Below are positions 1-11,369 of a stretch of 64,000 bases of DNA, piece by piece. Position 1 is the stretch's first letter. Each line of letters starts with the position of its first letter. The notes beneath the pieces are model-generated. The model was not told the origin of the DNA and did not search any database. It saw only the letters and a list, made by a program, of their open reading frames with translations. Location: the NCBI RefSeq assembly GCF_055900595.2, contig NZ_CM148325.1; one strand, written 5' to 3'. Position numbers and translations under genes: made by a program.

Positions 1-63
1 TCTGCGTCATTCCGGAGTTTATGAGGCACTAAGGCGAACATAAGAGATGGAATGAGCATCTAC
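1..63 (-). ncRNA. glmZ: GlmZ small RNA, 5' portion (gene runs off the window start)
   Basis: Reverse complement of 1..63 reads GTAGATGCTCATTCCATCTCTTATGTTCGCCTTAGTGCCTCATAAACTCCGGAATGACGCAGA, which I recognise as the 5' end of E. coli GlmZ; position upstream of aslA matches the known aslA-hemY intergenic location. Confidence 0.7.
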
Positions 64-487
64 TCGTTTAGTATGCCACAGAGAACCGGGAAATAACATC
101 CCTTAACACTTGTTATGAGATAATTCTGTAATCCTCTTTGCTTCCTGAGTAATAACTTCCTGAGTGAATATTTCTCCTGCGCACGATTCTACACATATAT
201 ATAATGAATAATAAAAGTCATTCAATTAATAATATATATATTAATTGCCATTAAAACTAAAAACAGCATCAATAATCAACGCGATATAACATCACCGCCT
301 TACATATCACCTGCGCCAGAGGTAGGATTGAAAACGCTCTCCTGATTTTCAAATTCATTATCTGGATAAATAAATAATTTATTTTCATCACTATTATTTA
401 TGCAATCATCCTGTCAGGGAGAGGGATCTCAATTATCAATGCTTAATTACGTCAACATTTTGACGACATGAAACCGGAGCATTTTGC

Positions 488-2143
488 ATGGAATTTTCGT
501 TTTCACCCAAACTTCTTGTTGTGGCTGTCGCCGCCGCTCTTCCACTCATGGCCAGCGCAGCAGATACCCCGTCAACCGCCACCGCACGCAAAGGCTTTGC
601 CGGATACGATCACCCAAACCAGTATCTGGTTAAACCGGCGACCACTATTGCCGACAACATGATGCCGGTGATGCAGCATCCTGCACAAGACAAAGAAACC
701 CAGCAGAAGCTGGCGGAATTAGAGAAAAAGACCGGTAAGAAACCGAACGTGGTTGTTTTCTTGCTGGATGATGTGGGCTGGATGGACGTTGGCTTTAACG
801 GCGGCGGCGTGGCGGTGGGTAACCCTACACCAGATATCGACGCCGTTGCCAGCCAGGGGCTGATTTTAACTTCGGCGTATTCTCAACCGAGTTCTTCCCC
901 AACCCGCGCCACGATTCTCACCGGACAATACTCCATCCACCACGGCATTCTGATGCCGCCAATGTACGGGCAACCGGGCGGTCTGCAAGGGTTAACCACT
1001 CTGCCGCAGTTGCTGCACGATCAGGGCTACGTCACCCAGGCCATCGGGAAATGGCATATGGGGGAAAACAAAGAGTCGCAGCCGCAGAACGTTGGCTTTG
1101 ATGATTTCCGCGGCTTTAACTCGGTATCCGATATGTATACCGAATGGCGTGATGTTCATGTCAACCCGGAAGTCGCCCTGAGCCCGGATCGTTCTGAATA
1201 CATCCAAAAACTGCCGTTCAGCAAAGATGACGTTCATGCCGTGCGCGGCGGTGAACAGGAAGCCATTGCCGACATTACGCCGAAATATATGGAAGACCTG
1301 GATCAACGCTGGATGGAATATGGCGTTAAGTTCCTCGACAAGATGGCGAAGAGCGATAAGCCTTTCTTCCTCTACTACGGCACTCGCGGCTGTCACTTCG
1401 ATAACTACCCAAATGCGAAATATGCGGGTAGCTCTCCGGCGCGCACCTCTTACGGCGACTGCATGGTGGAGATGAACGATATCTTCGCCAATCTGTATAA
1501 AGCACTGGAGAAAAACGGTCAGCTTGATAACACGCTGATTGTGTTCACCTCTGATAACGGTCCGGAAGCTGAAGTTCCGCCGCACGGTCGCACGCCGTTC
1601 CGCGGTGCGAAAGGTTCTACATGGGAAGGCGGCGTTCGTGTGCCAACCTTCGTTTACTGGAAAGGGATGATCCAACCGCGTAAATCTGACGGTATTGTCG
1701 ATCTGGCGGATCTCTTCCCTACGGCGCTGGATCTGGCAGGACATCCTGGAGCGAAAGTGGCGAATTTAGTGCCGAAAACCACCTTTATTGATGGTGTGGA
1801 CCAGACATCTTTCTTCCTGGGAACAAATGGTCAGTCTAACCGTAAGGCCGAGCACTACTTCCTCAACGGCAAACTTTCTGCTGTGCGTATGGATGAGTTT
1901 AAATATCACGTACTCATCCAACAGCCATACGCTTATACCCAGAGCGGGTATCAGGGTGGATTCACCGGCACAGTAATGCAAACGGCGGGATCGTCGGTGT
2001 TTAACCTGTACACCGATCCGCAGGAAAGCGACTCTATCGGCGTGCGCCATATCCCAATGGGTGTACCGCTACAGACCGAAATGCACGCGTATATGGAGAT
2101 CCTGAAAAAATATCCGCCGCGCGCGCAGATTAAATCTGATTAA
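488..2143 (+). CDS. aslA: arylsulfatase-like periplasmic sulfatase
   Basis: 551-aa ORF with N-terminal signal peptide ([24 protein letters not shown]) and sulfatase signature S-x-P-x-R ([12 protein letters not shown]); synteny with aslB. Confidence 0.9.
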   Translation: MEFSFSPKLLVVAVAAALPLMASAADTPSTATARKGFAGYDHPNQYLVKPATTIADNMMPVMQHPAQDKETQQKLAELEKKTGKKPNVVVFLLDDVGWMDVGFNGGGVAVGNPTPDIDAVASQGLILTSAYSQPSSSPTRATILTGQYSIHHGILMPPMYGQPGGLQGLTTLPQLLHDQGYVTQAIGKWHMGENKESQPQNVGFDDFRGFNSVSDMYTEWRDVHVNPEVALSPDRSEYIQKLPFSKDDVHAVRGGEQEAIADITPKYMEDLDQRWMEYGVKFLDKMAKSDKPFFLYYGTRGCHFDNYPNAKYAGSSPARTSYGDCMVEMNDIFANLYKALEKNGQLDNTLIVFTSDNGPEAEVPPHGRTPFRGAKGSTWEGGVRVPTFVYWKGMIQPRKSDGIVDLADLFPTALDLAGHPGAKVANLVPKTTFIDGVDQTSFFLGTNGQSNRKAEHYFLNGKLSAVRMDEFKYHVLIQQPYAYTQSGYQGGFTGTVMQTAGSSVFNLYTDPQESDSIGVRHIPMGVPLQTEMHAYMEILKKYPPRAQIKSD

Positions 2144-2149
2144 GCCGGC

Positions 2150-2300
2150 GCTATCGCTACATCGGGCCACACTGACCTTGCCGGATGCGGCGTGAACGCC
2201 TTATCCGGCCTACAAGCCTTGCAAATTCAATAAATTGCAGCGTCCTGTAGGCCGGATAAGATGCGTCAGCATCGCATCCGGCAATCAACCGCAGGCGGCC
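2150..2300. repeat. REP/BIME-type palindromic repeat cluster between convergent aslA and aslB
   Basis: Repeated GCCGGATGCGGCGTGAACGCCTTATCCGGCCTAC-like units in both orientations (gccggatgcggcgtgaacgccttatccggcctac ... gtaggccggataagatgcgtcagcatcgcatccggc). Confidence 0.6.
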
Positions 2301-2317
2301 ACAAAATGGCTGCTTTT

Positions 2318-3553
2318 TTACTTATTCACCACCATCAAATGCGCCTGCATAATGTCGCTGGCCGGGCGACCGTGCGCCAGCAAATCAGCCATTGCTTTAA
2401 GATATGGCGGTAGATAGCGGAAATAACGCTGATACCCGGCACACAAATAATTCAGCCCCGGCTTACCGCTGGCATCGAGCATAAAGCGGTGTTTCGGGCA
2501 GCCTCCCCAACATGCTTTTAACACGTTACAACTGCGACACTGCGCCGGTAACTGCTTAAATTTATCTTCTCCAAACACCTGCTGCTGCGGGGAATCTAAC
2601 ATTTCTGCAATTGTTTGCTGAAGCATATTCCCTAGTCGATACTGGGGATAAACATAGTGATCGCAGGCATAAACGTCACCGTTGTGCTCAACAATCACCG
2701 AGCGTCCACAGGTCGGCTGATGATGGCAAACCGCGCCCGGTGCGCCAACAAAATTGGCGAACGCCCATTCGATATTCATTACGAAAATCTTACCGACGTC
2801 GCGCTTAATCCAGTGGTCGAAAATCGCCACCAGAAACTCACCGAACTCATCGGGGCGCACCGACCATTCTGTCAGTTCCCCCTGAATATCACCAGGCGCA
2901 TGTAATTTCAGTCCATTGCGGGCAGCTGTTTCATCAGCCAGGCGCTCCACCACCGGAATAAACTGGATGAACTCCACGCCTGCATTGCACAAAAAATCAT
3001 AAACCTGTAACGGTTGCTGCGCGCTGGTGCGGTTGACACAGACCAGCACGTTATAGTCGACATGATGTTTTTGCAGGAGCGTCAGGGCACGCATCACCAG
3101 CTTATGCGTGGGTCTGCCACCTTTGGTCACGCGATATTGATTGTGGATCTCAGCCGGACCGTCCAGCGATAACCCAACAAGAAAATGATTTTCTGCCAGA
3201 AATGCACACCACTCATCATCAAGCAGCACACCGTTAGTCTGGAAGCTGTTACTTACCTTCCTACCAGCACCATATTTCGCCTGTAGCGCCACGGCACGGC
3301 GGTAAAAATCCAGCCCGAGTAACGTTGGTTCGCCGCCCTGCCAGGTAAAAGCCACTTCGTTTTGGGGTTCGCTGGCAGCGATATAGTGACGGACATACGC
3401 TTCCAGCGTGTCATCGTCCATATGCGCAACTGGCTTTTCGCGGTAAAGGGATTGTTTTTCGAGATAAAAACAGTAGTCACAGTTCAGATTACAATCGGAA
3501 CCGCTTGGTTTCGCCATCACATGAAAAGCACGCGTTGGAACCTGTTGCAGCAT
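2318..3553 (-). CDS. aslB: anaerobic sulfatase-maturating enzyme (radical SAM)
   Basis: ORF with CxxxCxxC radical-SAM motif (CNLNCDYC) and C-terminal Cys clusters; the track ORF (to 3583) is N-terminally extended, start placed at MLQQVPTRAFHVMAKPSG from memory of K-12 AslB. Confidence 0.85.
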   Translation of the reverse strand: MLQQVPTRAFHVMAKPSGSDCNLNCDYCFYLEKQSLYREKPVAHMDDDTLEAYVRHYIAASEPQNEVAFTWQGGEPTLLGLDFYRRAVALQAKYGAGRKVSNSFQTNGVLLDDEWCAFLAENHFLVGLSLDGPAEIHNQYRVTKGGRPTHKLVMRALTLLQKHHVDYNVLVCVNRTSAQQPLQVYDFLCNAGVEFIQFIPVVERLADETAARNGLKLHAPGDIQGELTEWSVRPDEFGEFLVAIFDHWIKRDVGKIFVMNIEWAFANFVGAPGAVCHHQPTCGRSVIVEHNGDVYACDHYVYPQYRLGNMLQQTIAEMLDSPQQQVFGEDKFKQLPAQCRSCNVLKACWGGCPKHRFMLDASGKPGLNYLCAGYQRYFRYLPPYLKAMADLLAHGRPASDIMQAHLMVVNK

Positions 3554-3664
3554 GGTCGCTCCTTGCCTGAAGTCATCCTTCAATACGTTAAGGGCGAAAT
3601 CATACCGTGTAGCAATGAGTGACTACGGGCGTTTATTGCGAAGGGAGAGTGATGAAATGCACAG

Positions 3665-3691
3665 AAAACAAAAAACCCCGCCGAAGCGGGG
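3665..3691 (-). terminator. rho-independent terminator ending the tRNA operon
   Basis: GC-rich hairpin ccccgc-cgaa-gcgggg followed on the minus strand by a U-run, immediately downstream of proM. Confidence 0.6.
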
Positions 3692-3699
3692 TTCAAAAT

Positions 3700-3776
3700 T
3701 GGTCGGCGAGAGAGGATTCGAACCTCCGACCCACTGGTCCCAAACCAGTTGCGCTACCAAGCTGCGCTACTCGCCG
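3700..3776 (-). tRNA. proM: tRNA-Pro (anticodon UGG)
   Basis: Reverse complement gives CGGCGAGTAGCGCAGCTTGGTAGCGCAACTGGTTTGGGACCAGTGGGTCGGAGGTTCGAATCCTCTCTCGCCGACCA with cloverleaf and CCA end. Confidence 0.9.
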
Positions 3777-3818
3777 AAATACTGCTTTTTGAATTTTTAG
3801 TTCAATTTTTTAAAGTCG

Positions 3819-3905
3819 TGGTGCGAGGGGGGGGACTTGAACCCCCACGTCCGTAAGGACACTAACACCTGAAGCTAGCGCGTCTACCAATTCCGCCACC
3901 TTCGC
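3819..3905 (-). tRNA. leuT: tRNA-Leu (anticodon CAG), long variable arm
   Basis: Reverse complement gives GCGAAGGTGGCGGAATTGGTAGACGCGCTAGCTTCAGGTGTTAG...CCCCCCCCTCGCACCA, 87 nt. Confidence 0.9.
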
Positions 3906-3925
3906 ATTGTCACAACTTCTAATAA

Positions 3926-4001
3926 TGGGGTGGCTAATGGGATTCGAACCCACGACAACTGGAATCACAATCCAGGGCTCTACCAACTGAGCTATAGCCA
4001 C
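3926..4001 (-). tRNA. hisR: tRNA-His (anticodon GUG)
   Basis: Reverse complement gives GGTGGCTATAGCTCAGTTGGTAGAGCCCTGGATTGTGATTCCAGTTGTCGTGGGTTCGAATCCCATTAGCCACCCCA, including the extra 5' G typical of tRNA-His. Confidence 0.9.
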
Positions 4002-4059
4002 CACTACAAATCTTGTTACGCGGTATTACTACCACCGCAGCTCAAGCGCCGGGACTAAA

Positions 4060-4136
<77 letters not shown>

Positions 4137-4157
4137 TTAGCGCCGTTGCGGGGGTGG

Positions 4158-4200
4158 ATAATACGGACTTCCCACCCCTCTGTCTAGTCCCTTTTTAAAT
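4158..4200 (-). promoter_or_regulatory. candidate promoter of the argX-hisR-leuT-proM operon
   Basis: TATTAT -10-like hexamer (minus strand) followed by a GC-rich discriminator (CCACCCCCGC) about 20 nt upstream of argX; -35 not clear. Confidence 0.35.
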
Positions 4201-4238
4201 AAATTGCGCGTTTGGTTACGGTTTGTGCGTTTTGCTGC

Positions 4239-5624
4239 TTATTCCTCCAGTTTATGCGCTTTACCGTGGCGATTAAGCCCAAAAACTTTATAAATTGCCG
4301 TCACCGCCAGCATAAAGATGATACCGACAAACAGCGACATACGCGTATCTTCATTAAAGTACATGCCGATCAAAACGCAAATCAGGAATGCCATTGTTAC
4401 GTAGTTGGCCCACGGGAACAGGATTGAGCGGAACGGATGGCTGGCAATCGCCGCTTTGTGCGCTCGACGAAAACGCAACTGGCTAATCAAAATCACAAAC
4501 CATGGCACCATCCCCGGAAGCACGCTGGCACTGTAGACATAGACAAACACACGCTGTGGATTGGGAATGATGTAGTTCAGGCATGAGCCAATTAACAGAA
4601 TAGCAATTGATACCGCCACGCCTGCAACCGGAACACCTTGACGGGAAACTTTCGCCATTGCCGCCGGTAACTGACGGTTTTTCGCCAGTGCGTAGAGCAT
4701 ACGTCCACAACTGTACATGCCGCTGTTACAGCCAGAGAGCGCAGCCGTCAGTACCACAAAGTTGATAATACCCGCCGCTGCAGTAATGCCGATTTTGGCG
4801 AAAGTCAGTACGAACGGGCTGCCGTTACTGCCTATTTCATTCCACGGGAAGATGGTGACGATAACGAAAATCGCGCCTACGTAGAAAATCAGGATACGCC
4901 ACAGCACCTTGCCTACGGCACTGCGCAGCGTCACCTGCGGATTCTTCGCTTCACCGGCAGTAATGCCAATCAGCTCCACGCCCTGGTAGGACGCCACCAC
5001 AATACACAATGCGGTCAGGAACCCTTTCCAGCCACCCGCAAAGAAACCGCCATGCTCTGTGAGATTGCTAAAACCAATCGACTGCCCGCCATTGCCAAAG
5101 CCAAAGAAAATCACGCCCAGGCCAATAACAATCATCACGATAATCGTGGTGACTTTGATCATCGCGAACCAGAACTCGATTTCGCCGTACAACCGCACTG
5201 CCGCCAGATTCGCCAGCGCCACCAGCGCCACCGCGATCAATGCGGGTATCCACTGCGCCATCTCCGGGAACCAGAACTGGACATAAACGCCAATGGCGGT
5301 GATTTCTGAGATCCCCACCGCCATCCACATAAACCAGTAAGACCAGGCGGTGAGATAGCCAAAAAACGGGCTCATATAACGATGCGCATAAACGGCGAAC
5401 GAACCGGTAACCGGTTCGAGGAACAACATTTCGCCCATTGAACGCATGATGAAAAAGACAAACAGCCCGGCGATGATATAGGCCAACAATACGGATGGCC
5501 CGGCCCATTTCAGGGTACTGGCGGCCCCCATAAACAGGCCGACGCCAATGGTGCCCCCCAGGGCGATGAGTTCGATATGTCGAGCTTCCAGCCCACGCTG
5601 TAGCTCTGGTTTGTTATCTGCCAT
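4239..5624 (-). CDS. yifK: APC-family amino acid permease
   Basis: 461-aa ORF with 12 predicted hydrophobic segments and amino-acid permease-like sequence; synteny next to the wec cluster. Confidence 0.9.
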   Translation of the reverse strand: MADNKPELQRGLEARHIELIALGGTIGVGLFMGAASTLKWAGPSVLLAYIIAGLFVFFIMRSMGEMLFLEPVTGSFAVYAHRYMSPFFGYLTAWSYWFMWMAVGISEITAIGVYVQFWFPEMAQWIPALIAVALVALANLAAVRLYGEIEFWFAMIKVTTIIVMIVIGLGVIFFGFGNGGQSIGFSNLTEHGGFFAGGWKGFLTALCIVVASYQGVELIGITAGEAKNPQVTLRSAVGKVLWRILIFYVGAIFVIVTIFPWNEIGSNGSPFVLTFAKIGITAAAGIINFVVLTAALSGCNSGMYSCGRMLYALAKNRQLPAAMAKVSRQGVPVAGVAVSIAILLIGSCLNYIIPNPQRVFVYVYSASVLPGMVPWFVILISQLRFRRAHKAAIASHPFRSILFPWANYVTMAFLICVLIGMYFNEDTRMSLFVGIIFMLAVTAIYKVFGLNRHGKAHKLEE

Positions 5625-5814
5625 AAATCCTCGTGTTGTGTTTGCATGCTTTCCGGTGTTACCGGTTATCGTTATGGGTACATCGAGTGTTGCGAATGTT
5701 TTCGTAATTCAGGAGAAATGGCAAATAAAGCATTAAAAATTTGAATGCTTTGTGTAATAAAAAGACAGGCAGGCGACGAAGTGACCACTCCGTCGCTTTA
5801 CAGAGAGAGGAAAA

Positions 5815-6555
5815 TCAGAGGTTGCCGGTGTAATACCAGCGTAAATAACGCAGCAAACGAAGCTGACGCTTAATGCGGCTCGGCTGCGAAAGCAGGCGGT
5901 AGAGCCACTCCAGCCCCAGCGTTTGCCAGATTTTCGGTGCGCGTTTCACGTGACCGGTGAAAACATCGTAAGTCCCGCCAACGCCCATATACAGCGCATC
6001 CGGATGCACCAGACGGCAGTCGCGCATGAAGATCTCCTGCTTTGGCGATCCCATCGCAACGGTGACGATTTGCGCTCCGCTGGCATGAATGCGTTCAAAC
6101 AGCGCCTGACGCTGCTCGGGTTTAAAATAACCATCCTGACTGCCAACGATATTCACATTCCACTGATTGCGCAGTTTAGCTTCAGTTTGCGCCAGCACTT
6201 CAGGTTTACCGCCCACAAGAAATACCGGCGTCCCTTCTTTGCCTGCGCGCGCCATCAGCTCTTCCCAGAGATCGGCCCCGGCAACGCGGGAAACCTGCGC
6301 CTGCGGGTACTTTTTACGTACTGAACGTACAACGCTGATGCCATCAGCATATTTAAATTCGGCAGCATTAATTAACTCCCTGACCTCGGCGTTATCTTCA
6401 ATGGTCAGCATTTTTTCGGCATTAATGGCAACCAGCGTTCCCTGCTTAAGCTGCCCGTCAGCAAACAGATAATCGAGGGCGTGCTGCATATCACGCCAAC
6501 CAATCAACTGTAAGCCACGCAGCGTATAGGTCGGTGCTGTGGTGTTGTTATTCAT
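5815..6555 (-). CDS. wecG: UDP-N-acetyl-D-mannosaminuronic acid transferase (ECA lipid II synthesis)
   Basis: 246-aa ORF, WecG/TagA-family glycosyltransferase; last gene of the wec cluster. Confidence 0.9.
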   Translation of the reverse strand: MNNNTTAPTYTLRGLQLIGWRDMQHALDYLFADGQLKQGTLVAINAEKMLTIEDNAEVRELINAAEFKYADGISVVRSVRKKYPQAQVSRVAGADLWEELMARAGKEGTPVFLVGGKPEVLAQTEAKLRNQWNVNIVGSQDGYFKPEQRQALFERIHASGAQIVTVAMGSPKQEIFMRDCRLVHPDALYMGVGGTYDVFTGHVKRAPKIWQTLGLEWLYRLLSQPSRIKRQLRLLRYLRWYYTGNL

Positions 6556-6557
6556 TG

Positions 6558-7910
6558 TTATCCTTCAACCTGCGTCCGGAGCGATGATTTTGTACGTTTA
6601 TGAATGAGTCCGGCGCTTTCAAAAAGCCAGTACAACAGTTTTGCGATCATCAGACATGCGCCGAAGACCACGATAAAAAAGACCACGCGTGAGACAAACG
6701 AATCCAGCCCTTCACGCGCCAGTACGACCATATTGAAGATCGCCCCGAAGCAGAAACTGTGCAATATCGCAGCCTTATAGCGATTAGTTTCGCGATTGCC
6801 CAGTTCATACAGCCAGTCGAACCATTTGATGATCAGTCCAACCACAATCGCCCCGAGTGGGATGAACAACGCGCCGCCCATAACAACCAGTGAGCCTATA
6901 AGCGTAGGCGAGATCGCCAGCCCGGAGTGGTTATTCAGCACTTCCCAGGTAAAGTAGTTGGCGGAGTTCAGTACCATACTCGGGCGACCCGGCCACAGCC
7001 AGGAAGGGATAAAGACATAGAAATCGCGGACAATGGGAGCCAGGCCCTGGAAGTCGATGTTGTCGTAGTTCTGCAACAGCAACGCCAGATTCTCCCACGG
7101 CGAGAAGGTGTCGCGAGTGAGATAGAGAAACGTATAGAACGCTTCATCGCCGCTCACATTCATTCCATAGCGTTTTAGCGCCAGCCAGAACATGCCCACA
7201 ATCCCCAGCACGCCCGCCGCCGCCAGCATCCACAACGAAATCCAGCCGCGAATAATGCCAATAAACAGGAAGATAGCAAATGCGATGATAATATTGGCGC
7301 GAGTGCCGCCGACAATCATGTAAGTCAGCAAGCCAAAGGCGACCGTGCTGACGAGGAAAAACAGCCACGCTTTGCTGTCCTGGCGCAGAAAGTAGACCAC
7401 CAGCATTGCTGGGATGAAAAAGTAAAAGAAGCGCTTTAACGCCACGCCGGAGACTTCACTGGAGAAGATCTGACTGTAGGAGTTAAGACGGAACAGCAAA
7501 AAACCGTTGTGCATGAAGAAGATGCCGACGCTTACCAACGCAATGCCCATCAGGATCACCCACGTGAGATTGGTCTCCACGCGGTTCATGGTAAACAGCG
7601 GACGGCGCGGTACATCAGCAACGCGTTTGCGTAGGCGGGTTTTGTAGGTGACATAGTAAACCGCGTAGAAGCAGCCCGCAGAAAGCAACGCCTGCAACAA
7701 GATTTCTGGCGGCGCAACACCAACATCAAAGCGAAATACCAGCACGCTGGTCAGCGGAAAGCCGAAGAAAAAGGTGAGCAAAAACAGCAATGAAAAGAAG
7801 ACATTGAAGTTAAAGCGCACACGGCGAAACTCAAACCAGGTCAGCGTGGCAATAAACAACGTGCAGAGCAGCCAGACAACAAACAGGCCACTGAATTGCA
7901 GCAGACTCAT
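6558..7910 (-). CDS. wzyE: ECA polysaccharide polymerase
   Basis: 450-aa highly hydrophobic multi-pass membrane ORF in the conserved wec position; 4-nt overlap with wecF. Confidence 0.9.
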   Translation of the reverse strand: MSLLQFSGLFVVWLLCTLFIATLTWFEFRRVRFNFNVFFSLLFLLTFFFGFPLTSVLVFRFDVGVAPPEILLQALLSAGCFYAVYYVTYKTRLRKRVADVPRRPLFTMNRVETNLTWVILMGIALVSVGIFFMHNGFLLFRLNSYSQIFSSEVSGVALKRFFYFFIPAMLVVYFLRQDSKAWLFFLVSTVAFGLLTYMIVGGTRANIIIAFAIFLFIGIIRGWISLWMLAAAGVLGIVGMFWLALKRYGMNVSGDEAFYTFLYLTRDTFSPWENLALLLQNYDNIDFQGLAPIVRDFYVFIPSWLWPGRPSMVLNSANYFTWEVLNNHSGLAISPTLIGSLVVMGGALFIPLGAIVVGLIIKWFDWLYELGNRETNRYKAAILHSFCFGAIFNMVVLAREGLDSFVSRVVFFIVVFGACLMIAKLLYWLFESAGLIHKRTKSSLRTQVEG

Positions 7911-8986
7911 GCGACCTCCCCGGCGGCAATCGCCAATGCCCGCTGCCAGCCTTGCAGATAGTTCGGGCTAAAGAAGGCAATGGTGTTTTTATCCACCGAC
8001 GCCAGCTGGCGCTGCGCTTCACGCACAATATCCTCGTTGAGATCGTCGGTAGTAAACAGCACCGGCAAATGCTGTTCCGTCATATCCTGCCAGAACGGAT
8101 TTTCCCGGTTAAGCACACAAGGAATACCCGCCTGAATAAGTAAGCACAGCGTACCAATGCCCTGCTGGCGGGCAAAAATAAAGTAACCGAGATCGCACTG
8201 ACGAAGTAGCGTCAGATAGGCGTCAAATTCCAGTTTTTCGCTCAGAACTTGCAGATTTTCTTCGCTGAATAACGCCAGCCCCGCCTGACGAACTTCCTCG
8301 ATGTACGCTTCGTTATTAGGCGGATATCCCATCGGTACAACCACTTTTACAGTATCGCCAAATTGCTGATGAACGGCGCGTAAGGCGGCGACATGCTCAT
8401 TGCTGCGGTCGCCGGAGTTCCCCACCAGAATGGTCATTTTCCCTTCACGTTGGCGATCGTTCGCCATCGTATTGAGAGAAGGGTCCATCCGCGTCGGGAA
8501 GTACAGCAGTTCGCCCCGCACCTTTGGATGCGTTTTGGCAAAAAAACTCAAATCACCGCGGGTGGCAAATACACAGCCGACTCGCTTTTGCGCCAGGCGA
8601 CGCAACGGGTAAAAAAGCTTATATCTCAAGCCACTGGAAAGCTCATACAGGTCTGCCCCCCAGATATGCCAGAAAAACTGGCTGGGCTTAATGCCACCAC
8701 TCAGCAGAGCCAGCCACAGTTTGGGATTGAACTGACCGTGGAAAAAAAATCGCTGCTGACGGTTAGCTTTTGCTTTCGCGATGACCGCTTCCGCCAGCGA
8801 TTTTTTCCCAGGGAAAAATTGCACAGAAAGCGCCGGACAGCTATCACTTAAGCCGTCGTCCTTGCCAACAACCATAAACTCGCGCGCATGCTCGCTCGTC
8901 GCGGCCAGCACGTCGTTGAAAAACCGCAAAACGGTTTGGTTATGGTGAGGGATATCCGATCCCAGTACGTGAATCAGTACAGTCAT
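7907..8986 (-). CDS. wecF: TDP-Fuc4NAc:lipid II Fuc4NAc transferase
   Basis: 359-aa ORF in the conserved wec position; overlaps wzxE stop/start (translational coupling). Confidence 0.9.
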   Translation of the reverse strand: MTVLIHVLGSDIPHHNQTVLRFFNDVLAATSEHAREFMVVGKDDGLSDSCPALSVQFFPGKKSLAEAVIAKAKANRQQRFFFHGQFNPKLWLALLSGGIKPSQFFWHIWGADLYELSSGLRYKLFYPLRRLAQKRVGCVFATRGDLSFFAKTHPKVRGELLYFPTRMDPSLNTMANDRQREGKMTILVGNSGDRSNEHVAALRAVHQQFGDTVKVVVPMGYPPNNEAYIEEVRQAGLALFSEENLQVLSEKLEFDAYLTLLRQCDLGYFIFARQQGIGTLCLLIQAGIPCVLNRENPFWQDMTEQHLPVLFTTDDLNEDIVREAQRQLASVDKNTIAFFSPNYLQGWQRALAIAAGEVA

Positions 8987-10233
8987 GCCCGCCTACGCCA
9001 GAGTAAAAACACGCCACAACAAAGAGAAAAATAGACGATATAGGTTGCCATATAGGCCTGCGCCGCGCCCAGTGCACCATGCGCAGGGATTAGCCAGTGG
9101 GCAAATACCATCAATAAAGTGAACTGGCTGACTTCCGCCAGAATATAAAACCGCAGTGACGCTTTGGCGATCACCAGATAACCAAAGACATAAGCGCCCA
9201 CTTTTAACACATCACCCACTAACTGCCAGGCAAAGAGATCGCGCATAGCGGTAAATTTATTCGACAACAGCAGCCAGATAGCAAAATCACGCAGCAACCA
9301 GACGGTAAAACTCGCCGCCGCCACTGCCGGTAAGACGAATTTCAGCGATTTAACCACTTCCCGGGTGATATCGCGCTTTTCCGTTAGCCGCGACAACGTG
9401 GGCAGTAAATATACGCTGAACGATGCCGTAATAAATTGCAGGTAGGCATCGGAAATACTGCTCACCCCTTGCCAGATACCCACTTCATCCCAGCTATACT
9501 GCGCCGCCAACAGTTTACGCATCATGATGTACGCAACGGGCAAGGTCACCGACGTAATCAACGCCATGAGCGTAAATTTGCTCAACTGCCCTGCCAGGCC
9601 GTTATCCCAGCAGGGTTTCAGATAGCTTAACGGGATGGCACCACGTTTGATCAACATGATGACGGCAGGAATCACCACCAACGCGGGAATCAGCGCCAGC
9701 CCCAGCAATGCCCCTTCATAACCGCCCAAACGGTAACTGACATAATAAGCAATTACGCCAATCAGGCTGCCGACAATCAGCGATAACGCATTACCTGCAG
9801 CATCGCGAAAGCCTTTCATCAGCGCCAGCAACAGGTTGCCCCAGGCGATCCCCATTTGCACCAGCGCCACTAAACGCACCAGCCCCACATAGTCGGTATT
9901 ACCAAACAATCCCTGGCTAATTGGCGCTGCCGCCAGCACAAAAACCAGCGCCATCAGCGTAGAGAAACCAAGCACCATCGCTGATGAAGTGCCGACCACG
10001 CGGCGCAGCTGCTGCGGATTATCATGGTACTGGGCAACGTATTTGGTTACGCCGTTAAAGATGCCTGCACCAGCAAGCACGCCGAGCACGGTAATCAACT
10101 GGCGGAAATTTGCCGCCAGCCCAAGCCCCGCAGGACCAAATGACACCGCCAGCAACTTACCGACTAGTAACCCGGCACCAATCTTGACCAGTGTACTGGC
10201 CGCCGTCCACAAGGACGCTTTTGCCAACGACAT
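8983..10233 (-). CDS. wzxE: ECA lipid III flippase (Wzx family)
   Basis: 416-aa polytopic membrane ORF, Wzx/MOP-type flippase features; synteny. Confidence 0.9.
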   Translation of the reverse strand: MSLAKASLWTAASTLVKIGAGLLVGKLLAVSFGPAGLGLAANFRQLITVLGVLAGAGIFNGVTKYVAQYHDNPQQLRRVVGTSSAMVLGFSTLMALVFVLAAAPISQGLFGNTDYVGLVRLVALVQMGIAWGNLLLALMKGFRDAAGNALSLIVGSLIGVIAYYVSYRLGGYEGALLGLALIPALVVIPAVIMLIKRGAIPLSYLKPCWDNGLAGQLSKFTLMALITSVTLPVAYIMMRKLLAAQYSWDEVGIWQGVSSISDAYLQFITASFSVYLLPTLSRLTEKRDITREVVKSLKFVLPAVAAASFTVWLLRDFAIWLLLSNKFTAMRDLFAWQLVGDVLKVGAYVFGYLVIAKASLRFYILAEVSQFTLLMVFAHWLIPAHGALGAAQAYMATYIVYFSLCCGVFLLWRRRA

Positions 10234-10234
10234 A

Positions 10235-11365
10235 TCAGGAGAAGTAGTTCAACAAGGTCGCAATTACCGTGCGCTGATTGACGGGCGACAGGTTGTAGAA
10301 CAACGGCAGGCGCAGCAGGCGCTCGCTCTCTTTGGTGGTGTAGCGATCTTCACCGTGGAACTCACCAAAGCGTTCCCCCGCAGGGCAACCGTGCAGCGGA
10401 ATGTAATGGAACACCGCCATGATTTCCGCTTCTTTCAGAAAGTTAATCAACGCGCTCCGGTCATCAATATCCCGCAGTTTAATGTAGAACATATGCGCGT
10501 TCTGCACGCAGCCATCGGGAATCGACGGCAGCTCGATACGCCCGGCTTTCGCCAGAGGTGCTAACGCATCGTAGTAGTTTTGCCACAGCGCCAGACGTTG
10601 CTGATTGATACGATCCGCTGCTTCCAGTTGCGCCCACAGGTACGCAGCTTGCAGATCGGACATCAAATAGCTGGAGCCAATATCGCGCCAGGTATATTTA
10701 TCGACCTGACCACGGAAGAACTGGCTGCGGTTTGTGCCTTTTTCACGGATGATCTCGGCTCGTTCGATTAACGCTTTATCGTTAATCAGCGTCGCGCCGC
10801 CTTCACCGCCCGCCGTGTAGTTTTTGGTTTCATGGAAGCTAAAGCAGCCAATATGACCAATGGTTCCCAGTGCACGCCCTTTATAAGTGGACATCACGCC
10901 CTGAGCGGCATCTTCCACCACAAACAGGTTATACTTTTTCGCCAACGCCATAATGGTGTCCATTTCGCAGGCCACACCCGCGTAATGGACCGGCACGATA
11001 ACGCGCGTTTTGTCGGTGATCGCCGCTTCAATCAGCGTTTCGTCGATGTTCATAGTGTCCGGGCGAACATCCACAAAGACGATTTTCGCGCCACGCAGCA
11101 CAAAGGCATTGGCGGTGGAGACAAAGGTGTAGCTCGGCATGATCACTTCATCGCCAGGCTGGATATCGAGCAGCAGCGCCGCCATCTCCAGAGAAGCGGT
11201 GCAGGACGGCGTCAGTAACACTTTGGCGCTGCCAAAACGTTGCTCCAGCCACTGCTGGCAGCGACGGGTAAAACCGCCATCGCCACACAGTTTGCCGCTA
11301 CCCATTGCCGACTGCATATAGTCGAGTTCGGTTCCCACCACCGGCGGTGCGTTAAATGGAATCAT
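10235..11365 (-). CDS. wecE: dTDP-4-oxo-6-deoxy-D-glucose aminotransferase (PLP-dependent, DegT family)
   Basis: 376-aa ORF with DegT/DnrJ/EryC1 aminotransferase character; synteny. Confidence 0.9.
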   Translation of the reverse strand: MIPFNAPPVVGTELDYMQSAMGSGKLCGDGGFTRRCQQWLEQRFGSAKVLLTPSCTASLEMAALLLDIQPGDEVIMPSYTFVSTANAFVLRGAKIVFVDVRPDTMNIDETLIEAAITDKTRVIVPVHYAGVACEMDTIMALAKKYNLFVVEDAAQGVMSTYKGRALGTIGHIGCFSFHETKNYTAGGEGGATLINDKALIERAEIIREKGTNRSQFFRGQVDKYTWRDIGSSYLMSDLQAAYLWAQLEAADRINQQRLALWQNYYDALAPLAKAGRIELPSIPDGCVQNAHMFYIKLRDIDDRSALINFLKEAEIMAVFHYIPLHGCPAGERFGEFHGEDRYTTKESERLLRLPLFYNLSPVNQRTVIATLLNYFS

Positions 11366-11369
11366 GTGA

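Noticed and set aside
64-85. Possible sigma54 (-24/-12) promoter for glmZ
   Set aside because: The TGGCA-N-like match is weak and the GC/TGC spacing is not canonical; as I recall, E. coli glmZ is reported to use sigma70. Left as a question in the findings rather than a feature.
992-1744. 250-aa ORF on the minus strand inside aslA; similar long antisense ORFs at 14028..14639 (in wecC), 27790..28470 (in ilvC), 31911..32615 (in ilvD), 60990..61889 (in mnmG), 10832..11218 and others
   Set aside because: Each lies entirely within a well-supported CDS on the opposite strand with clear family motifs; the antisense translations are low-complexity, Arg/His-rich and lack start-site context. Typical frame artefacts of GC-rich coding DNA.
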